Below are positions 25,143 to 30,561 of a stretch of 30,561 nt of DNA, piece by piece. Positions within the stretch are counted from its first letter, which is position 1, and every line of letters starts with the position of its first letter. The position numbers and the translations under genes were made by a program. The stretch lies in IMG/VR virus record IMGVR_UViG_3300026897_000028, positions 1 to 30,561 of that record; one strand, 5' to 3'. The stretch is from a virus (Duplodnaviria; Caudoviricetes). The notes under the pieces are model-generated. The model saw nothing but the letters and a program-made list of their open reading frames with translations, ran no database searches and was not told the origin of the DNA.

Positions 25143-25928
25143 TTAAAACAGGCTCATTTGGCCGTTTTTCGCTGTTTTTGCCGCCGGTGGTACCGGTGGT
25201 GGCAAGTCGGGTTGCACCGCCTTTTTTGCCTTCCATTCAGCCTTCTCTTTCTGCCATAGGCGCCACGTATGACACTCCTCTTTCTGGATGGGCTCAATGC
25301 TTGGCACGCCAATCTGATTCAACCGGCTATTCACGTTGTAGCCAAAGCGCCAATCATCCGGATCAAGTGAGTTCATGCAGCATGCCTGACCGACGCAACC
25401 GTGCAGGGTCATGTTAACGGCCGTCATCTTCGCACAGATGGCGTCCAGATCGGCACCGAAGTGATAGTTACCAGGTGCGTGGGCATGAAACGAAATCAGC
25501 ATCCGTCCGGAGCCGCTGCAAGGGTCATTAATGAGCCGCCCTTTGCCTCTGGCTTCATCAGCTCCCTGTATCTTGGTCATGAAGTCGACCACGCAGGCTG
25601 GTGTAAAGAATTGACCCAGAATCTGGCGCTTACCCTGGCTGGCCAGGATCTCGTAGAACGTACCAAGTGCGTCGTACCAGGCCGTATCCGTTTCGATCTG
25701 CTGATGCTGCACCATGATCATCTCACGCGTCATCCGGACGAACCAATCCAGGTCGCCGTGCTTCTTCTTCAACCGCTCGTATTCGCCCTGACGGACAGGC
25801 ATAAACGATTCGACTAAGAAGTCAATCCAGTCGCGAAACGAGTCAGCATAATCCCACTTGTAATCTTTCTCGGAGAATATCTTATTAAGCGCTCGCAGCT
25901 CGTGCGGCACGTCAGTTGTTTTGGGCAT
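25143..25928 (-). CDS. N6-adenine methyltransferase (HsdM)-like protein lacking the NPPF motif
   Basis: GQFFTP, NDPCSGSGRML (motif I), GADLD and MNSL are present; no NPP(F/Y) follows; ends in QMSLF. Confidence 0.8.
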   Translation of the reverse strand: MPKTTDVPHELRALNKIFSEKDYKWDYADSFRDWIDFLVESFMPVRQGEYERLKKKHGDLDWFVRMTREMIMVQHQQIETDTAWYDALGTFYEILASQGKRQILGQFFTPACVVDFMTKIQGADEARGKGRLINDPCSGSGRMLISFHAHAPGNYHFGADLDAICAKMTAVNMTLHGCVGQACCMNSLDPDDWRFGYNVNSRLNQIGVPSIEPIQKEECHTWRLWQKEKAEWKAKKAVQPDLPPPVPPAAKTAKNGQMSLF

Positions 25929-25941
25929 TTGAGTAGGGGAG

Positions 25942-25972
25942 AAATAAAAAGCCCCGCCTGATCAGGCGGGGC
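25942..25972 (-). terminator. Intrinsic terminator
   Basis: 22-bp palindrome GCCCCGCCTGATCAGGCGGGGC followed by TTTTTATTT on the minus strand. Confidence 0.75.
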
Positions 25973-25981
25973 GGTTCGCTT

Positions 25982-26680
25982 TCAGAACGGAACTTCGTCG
26001 GTCGATGGGGTCTCGTAGCCGGCACTACGCATCAGGTGCTCGGCGTAGTAATCTTTTAGCTTGAACGTCGTCAACTCCTTGAACCGCTCTTCGATGCGCT
26101 CAGTCATCACCTGCGCGGGCGATTTGTAGGTGCCAGGCTTCCACGTCCGGACGAACGTAATCACGTCGTCGACGCTGACCAGGATCGGCGCTACCTCATT
26201 GATTTCATCTACCTGCACGTCCAGGTTAACCCCCTTCTGCTTGAACCAGCCCTTAGCCACGTCCGGCAACCAGTTAGCATTCCCGTGTTGCTCAAAATCG
26301 CCCTTTGGGAAGGGATTCAAGTACTCGGCCAGCACACTCTCAACTGACACGTACAGACTGGCTTCATTCTTATAATGCCGCCACAGTTAAGCCAGCTCCA
26401 GCGGATTCTGTGAATGCTCGAGCAAATACTCGTCAAGCTGAGCTTCGTTCCAGAAGATATCCGGTAGGCGCGTTGAGAGTTTGGCGAGATGCGCAACGGT
26501 ATAGATACCGAGTTTGGCACAGATCAACCGGTCGAGCGAGTTGATGTGCATCTGCCGACCTACTTGGCTGGCCCATGCCTGGTAGTCAGCCTGGTTCTTG
26601 CCGGTTGCCTGAATAAAACGCTCCATGTTGCGGAGCCGAGCCGCATTTGGTTGCGGGGTCTGGGTCGCTTGCGCTTCCAT
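25982..26680 (-). pseudogene. Hypothetical gene split by one in-frame TAA
   Basis: ORFs 26387-26680 and 25982-26350 share a frame and read ...PLELA*LWRHYKNEASLYVSVESV...; ends in DEVPF. Confidence 0.6.
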
Positions 26681-26689
26681 TGTCTGAGA

Positions 26690-26749
26690 TATGTTAGAAT
26701 TGAACATCCTCAGAAAAATCTCCCAGCAAAACGGATTAAAAAAGCGACA
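26690..26749 (-). repeat. 60-bp direct repeat, copy 2 (gene leader)
   Basis: 54/60 identical to 25064-25123; same distance to the downstream ATG. Confidence 0.9.
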
Positions 26750-26843
26750 ATCTTAAAATATTTATAACTCTTTCATACGTCCATATTAACAAAAAAGCCC
26801 CACAGTTTAGTTTAAGTAGGGCCTCTTTGCTGGTGTTTACTAG

Positions 26844-27026
26844 TCAGATTTCTTTTACTTTCTTAAGGGCCTCCGTAGCGATTATTTGTCTCTGGAAGTT
26901 ATTGGCATTATCGAACCAATAACAAGTTACCTCCGAGCCATTTTCGAAATAACCAACAGTCATTTCTGGACCACCTGATTTAAGCTCTACTACGTCTCCT
27001 GCTTGAATCTTTGTGTTTTCTGCCAT
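26844..27026 (-). CDS. DUF2158 / YodC-family protein
   Basis: GDVVELKSGGPEMTV...CYWFD signature. Confidence 0.88.
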   Translation of the reverse strand: MAENTKIQAGDVVELKSGGPEMTVGYFENGSEVTCYWFDNANNFQRQIIATEALKKVKEI

Positions 27027-27106
27027 AACGATCTAAAAATTGAACGATGATAAATTATATGAGCCTTGAAGGCGATTGTTGTTACCTTCTATTAAAGCAT
27101 TTGACA

Positions 27107-27430
27107 TTATGAAATCTCAATCTCAGCCTGTCCTTGTTGCCTCTGTGCTTTAACAACTTTCACTTCCATTAAATACCCGTTAACTCCCTCTATTCCAACC
27201 GAAAAAATGTTTCGAATCGATATGACCCGATGAGTATAGGGCTGAGATGTCATCTTTTCAAGTAATGTTTCGTCAAATGATCTGTCCGCTTGTTTCTCAT
27301 TAATTGTGATAAGATCGCCTTTATTAATATTTGGCGGGGCTGACATTTTTAAGGCAAGGATTGGTTCATAAACCTCTTTGTTTGGGTGGACTTTCTCATA
27401 GAAAGACACGACTATTACTGTGTTGCTCAT
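27107..27430 (-). CDS. Hypothetical protein (moron-like)
   Basis: 107-aa AT-rich ORF with its own -7 box. Confidence 0.6.
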   Translation of the reverse strand: MSNTVIVVSFYEKVHPNKEVYEPILALKMSAPPNINKGDLITINEKQADRSFDETLLEKMTSQPYTHRVISIRNIFSVGIEGVNGYLMEVKVVKAQRQQGQAEIEIS

Positions 27431-27447
27431 GCTAATATTAATTTTCT

Positions 27448-27455
27448 CAAATATA
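27448..27455 (-). promoter_or_regulatory. Bacteroidota -7 promoter box TATATTTG
   Basis: Exact TAnnTTTG match 17 nt before ATG 27430. Confidence 0.55.
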
Positions 27456-27456
27456 C

Positions 27457-27490
27457 AGAAAGCCCCCGAATCGTAACGGTTCGGGGGCTT
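27457..27490 (-). terminator. Intrinsic terminator
   Basis: 11-bp stem AAGCCCCCGAA / TTCGGGGGCTT after gene 27508-27792. Confidence 0.7.
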
Positions 27491-27507
27491 ATTCGACTTT
27501 TAAGGAT

Positions 27508-27792
27508 TTAAGCCTCGTGCTTCTCAATAGCTTCCGCAACATTGTTCATTGCTTGAGCGACTGATGAAACTGCATCCGTGATAGTTACCGAGAATTGAGA
27601 CGACATACCAAGACAGATCGCGATTGCTTCTAAAGCCGGTATTGCTTTTTCTCTGTCAGTGACGTTTGCCTCTTTATATGCTTCAATCTCAACAATTTTG
27701 GTTGCTAACTGTAGCGCTTCATAGTTAGTCAGATCAATGTACTGTTTCTTTAATTCATCCGCATGATCTCGAACATCTCTGTAAACACTCAT
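27508..27792 (-). CDS. Hypothetical helical protein
   Basis: 94 aa, 1-nt overlap with the glycosyltransferase stop. Confidence 0.65.
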   Translation of the reverse strand: MSVYRDVRDHADELKKQYIDLTNYEALQLATKIVEIEAYKEANVTDREKAIPALEAIAICLGMSSQFSVTITDAVSSVAQAMNNVAEAIEKHEA

Positions 27793-28535
27793 TAGAATGG
27801 CAGTTTAAGGGTTTTTTGATACGGGTGCTTCAGTTTGGACTTGGCACTTGACTTCTTCAAAGTAACAACATCTGACCCAAACACCCGCTGGAGCAGTTCA
27901 AAATCTTTGGCTTCCGCATCTACATTCCTAAATTCCGAAAGACCACCCGGATTCACAAATGTATCCTTCTGCTGGAAGTAAAACCGCGTATCCTTCCAGC
28001 TAAGGCGGTTCTGGAAAGCGTTCAAGCAACTAATCCAATAGTCCTCGTTTACAACTATATCCGACGAATACCAAAGCTTACTTCCCGCCAGTGCACCATG
28101 AGCGCAGCCTGTATGGTAGCCAGCCAGGTCAATGGGAGCCATCGGATTGTAAAGCACCGGTGCCGGCACATGCGCGAACGAAAACAAGAAGGCTCCAGCC
28201 TGACGGCAGGCATCGGCCGCAGCCTGAATTAGGTCGTAGGCCGTCGCTGGGTCCACCTGCGACCGCTCGCCAGGCTCCGTGTACACCCGCTGCATCGAAT
28301 CAATATCATCGTCCAGCATGAATACGTTACCAAAATGCCGAATGATCCAGTCGCGCTTCTTTGCCAGGCCGATTACTGTATCAGGATGGGTAACAATCTC
28401 ATCAGCTGGGTTGCAGTTGCGGTACAAGGCGGCCTGGCTCTCCGGCACGCAGATAATAGCATGATTTACCACCGACGTGGTTCTGACTCGGCTGGCCCGC
28501 TTGTGGCTTGGGATAACTACTTTGCAGACTTCCAT
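27792..28535 (-). CDS. GT-A glycosyltransferase, TET-associated / GREB1-like family
   Basis: VVIPSHKRA, ICVPESQ..Y, FMLDDDI (DxD), NEDY and NPGGL motifs; coupled to ParB. Confidence 0.75.
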   Translation of the reverse strand: MEVCKVVIPSHKRASRVRTTSVVNHAIICVPESQAALYRNCNPADEIVTHPDTVIGLAKKRDWIIRHFGNVFMLDDDIDSMQRVYTEPGERSQVDPATAYDLIQAAADACRQAGAFLFSFAHVPAPVLYNPMAPIDLAGYHTGCAHGALAGSKLWYSSDIVVNEDYWISCLNAFQNRLSWKDTRFYFQQKDTFVNPGGLSEFRNVDAEAKDFELLQRVFGSDVVTLKKSSAKSKLKHPYQKTLKLPF

Positions 28536-29137
28536 GCGTCGATGAACTGTTTAGCGGTGATCACATTGGTTCGGCCGACACGCTCGCTTTTGTAGCTCTT
28601 GCTCATCTCCAGCTTCAGCAGCTCCCGGATGTGGTTGGCATCGATCTCATTGGTTGAGACGATAACGAAAGCATCGTACCGCTCCGAGAACTTAGCCACA
28701 ATCGGCATTTCCGGCGTTTCTTCTTTGGCGGTCGCCTTCTCGTGCATGTCCTCCATCTCAGCTAGGCTAATGCCAAAATCAGCCAGGTCAACGTCTTCAA
28801 AGTGCTCGCGAAGGAGCTCATCGACCCAATCCCCTTTTATGGCATTGGAAGCAATGTTGTACTCCTTAAACTCCTGATCGGTCAGGAGCCGGTTCGGTAC
28901 GCGCACGTCCACCAGATCATCACCACGGCCCAACTGAACAAGGGCTTTGCAGCGTTGATGTCCTGCGAGTAAAATACCGTCAGCGTTAACAACGGGAATT
29001 TCGACCAGCCCGAACTTCTCCAGCGATTCGCGGAGCTTGCGGCTCTGTTGGGCGGTCATCTTACGAGGATTATACTCGTACGGCAGCAATTCCGATACCC
29101 GGCGCTGCTCAGTGTGCCATTGTAAGGCGTCTATCAT
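28517..29137 (-). CDS. ParB/Srx N-terminal domain protein
   Basis: LLPYEYNPRKM, ESLEKFGLVEIPVV, LAGHQR; no methylase domain fused; start at 29137 preferred. Confidence 0.88.
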   Translation of the reverse strand: MIDALQWHTEQRRVSELLPYEYNPRKMTAQQSRKLRESLEKFGLVEIPVVNADGILLAGHQRCKALVQLGRGDDLVDVRVPNRLLTDQEFKEYNIASNAIKGDWVDELLREHFEDVDLADFGISLAEMEDMHEKATAKEETPEMPIVAKFSERYDAFVIVSTNEIDANHIRELLKLEMSKSYKSERVGRTNVITAKQFIDAWKSAK

Positions 29138-29168
29138 TTTGCGAAGAATGAATAGTGAACAATCGTCG

Positions 29169-29204
29169 CAATGATAAGAGCCCAAAACAGCCGTAGGAAA
29201 GGAC
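29169..29204 (-). promoter_or_regulatory. GTCCTT-N22-TATCATTG variant of the phage promoter motif
   Basis: One-base variant with one extra spacer base, ahead of ParB. Confidence 0.45.
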
Positions 29205-29229
29205 GGTTCCAGGGATGCCAGTACGGCCT

Positions 29230-29892
29230 TTATAAGGTGCCCAGCTTGACCTCAATTTCGTCAATCTGCAAAGTAGCCTTTGTCAACTCCGTTTCCCACT
29301 CAACCCGTTTGCTGGGCTTGGCCTTGGGATTCTCCAGCTTTCGACGAAGCTTACTGCGCAGGTCGATTAGCCGACGTTTCTGATACGACAACTCGAACTT
29401 CTCAGGCGAGTGGTCAGCGTGATCACACCGGTTACGGTCTGCCGTGCAGTCTTCCTCCGGATCGGATTCGTCGGGCAACACGCGATTGCGCTCCAGGTAT
29501 CGTTTCTTATCCCAGATCGCTTCAATCTGGGCTTTAAGCTCAAGTATTGGTTTAGTCAGTTCCGGGCAACCAACTCCGGCCGGGACCTGGTGTAGCTTAT
29601 TACTCAGGTCAGCCATCTTACGGTTGAGCCGATCAGCCTCCTTCGACAGATCAGCCTGAATGCTAATGTACTCATCACCATCGACGACGCGCCCTCTAGG
29701 TTCAGGCTCGTCTTTTTCAACGACGTTGCCCGATGTCGCTACCACAGGCTTAAAATGCTGCTGCTCCTCCAGGTCAGCCAGACGGCGTTTAGCCTGGTCA
29801 AGGTCTGCCTGGGTAGTCCGCTTAGCTTTCAGAAGCTTTTCGAGCATCTGAACCGTCGACTGCTGCTGTCGTATCTGAGTTTGAAGGTCCAT
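29230..29892 (-). CDS. Hypothetical coiled-coil phage protein
   Basis: 220 aa with several heptad-like helical segments; preceded by the GTCCTA motif. Confidence 0.7.
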   Translation of the reverse strand: MDLQTQIRQQQSTVQMLEKLLKAKRTTQADLDQAKRRLADLEEQQHFKPVVATSGNVVEKDEPEPRGRVVDGDEYISIQADLSKEADRLNRKMADLSNKLHQVPAGVGCPELTKPILELKAQIEAIWDKKRYLERNRVLPDESDPEEDCTADRNRCDHADHSPEKFELSYQKRRLIDLRSKLRRKLENPKAKPSKRVEWETELTKATLQIDEIEVKLGTL

Positions 29893-29897
29893 AAACA

Positions 29898-29932
29898 CAA
29901 AAAAACCGGCACTTAGCCGGTTGCAATAGGAC
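29898..29932 (-). promoter_or_regulatory. GTCCTA-N21-TTTTTTTG putative phage promoter
   Basis: Fixed-spacing motif; overlaps a CCGG..CCGG hairpin plus T tract that may also terminate the upstream gene. Confidence 0.5.
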
Positions 29933-29946
29933 TACAGTTTACATGT

Positions 29947-30561
29947 CTACTTGGTTAAAACGTTGTTTACGTTTCTTACAAAATTCCATATGTAGCCGTC
30001 TTTCGACTTCACCTCTACTAGGTATGAACTCATGAAATACTCGTTATCCACAAAACGGGTGTGAAAAAATAAAATTTCTTCACCAGGGTCAACCAGCAAT
30101 TGAGCTTTATAAGACGAGGGTTTGTGACTCCAATTGTCCCAGTGGGAAACTCGTTCAATCTTTGGGTAATTAAGGTTGATTGGGCTATAGTCACTAATCT
30201 CCATACTTACCATAGGATTCCAAATCCTCACTGAACCAATATTTTTTAATTGAATTGCTATTCCGTGTACCTGTTTACTGGCATTAGGAACCGCAATATT
30301 ATCAACTGTGATTGTTGCTGCTAACTGATGAGCAAATAGTTGACCTTTAAAGAATTTGACGTATGCTAGAACACCGGCAATTATTAAGAAGATGGTGTTA
30401 AGCACAGACGTAAGAACACCAAAAAGTTCTTTGTTTTTTTCGATTCGTGCCCAGCTCAGAATACCATCTTTAAATAAGTTTAATATTGTTAGAGCAAGAA
30501 GCAATCCAAAAAGGGTACTAATAATTAAGGTCTTGTTTCTATAAAGATATCTTAAAATCAT
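29947..30561 (-). CDS. Hypothetical membrane protein (2 TM plus beta-rich domain)
   Basis: Two N-terminal hydrophobic helices and an Ig-like-looking C-terminus (IQLKNIGS...VDPGEE); AT-rich. Confidence 0.7.
   Translation of the reverse strand: MILRYLYRNKTLIISTLFGLLLALTILNLFKDGILSWARIEKNKELFGVLTSVLNTIFLIIAGVLAYVKFFKGQLFAHQLAATITVDNIAVPNASKQVHGIAIQLKNIGSVRIWNPMVSMEISDYSPINLNYPKIERVSHWDNWSHKPSSYKAQLLVDPGEEILFFHTRFVDNEYFMSSYLVEVKSKDGYIWNFVRNVNNVLTK

Larger units (their letters stand above)
1..30561. mobile_element. Prophage (partial), long-tailed, probable Bacteroidota host
   Basis: Integrase, terminase pair, portal, lysis, tail and tape measure genes form a co-oriented block. No host housekeeping genes recognised. 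att sites not visible in the window. Confidence 0.93.

Noticed and set aside
26317-26520. 67-aa alternative-frame ORF bridging the split gene
   Set aside because: The in-frame join across the TAA explains the region more simply.
1-30561. CRISPR array, tRNA/rRNA, diversity-generating retroelement, IS element, att sites
   Set aside because: By eye there is no spaced repeat array, cloverleaf, reverse transcriptase or transposase. att sites probably lie outside the window. A computational scan would be needed to exclude small RNAs.

Overview
Part of an integrated long-tailed (siphovirus-like) prophage. The host is probably a Bacteroidota member, inferred from the integrase variant, DUF6712/DUF5977-type structural genes and TAnnTTTG promoter boxes. 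A tyrosine integrase (1-1239, +) is followed by a mostly minus-strand region. Read right to left it holds a ParB plus GT-A glycosyltransferase pair, small genes (YodC-like, HsdM-like lacking NPPF, SymE-like, stand-alone MgsA/RarA C-terminal-like), terS/terL, portal, a head-tail adaptor, an overlapping lysis cassette, tail genes and a 1717-aa tape measure protein. No capsid, head protease or major tail tube gene was recognised in the window. AT-rich accessory inserts include a TIGR04255-like / small protein / ADP-ribosyltransferase-like cassette (best candidate for a defence or toxin-antitoxin-chaperone system), a Zn-finger-DUF2971 gene and a small hydrophobic ORF with an antisense promoter. 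Also seen by eye: a fixed-spacing GTCCT promoter motif, a 60-bp duplicated leader, a gene split by one in-frame stop, an overprinted lysis gene, and several proteins ending in clamp- or SSB-like tails. All family calls come from motif recognition; no searches were run.
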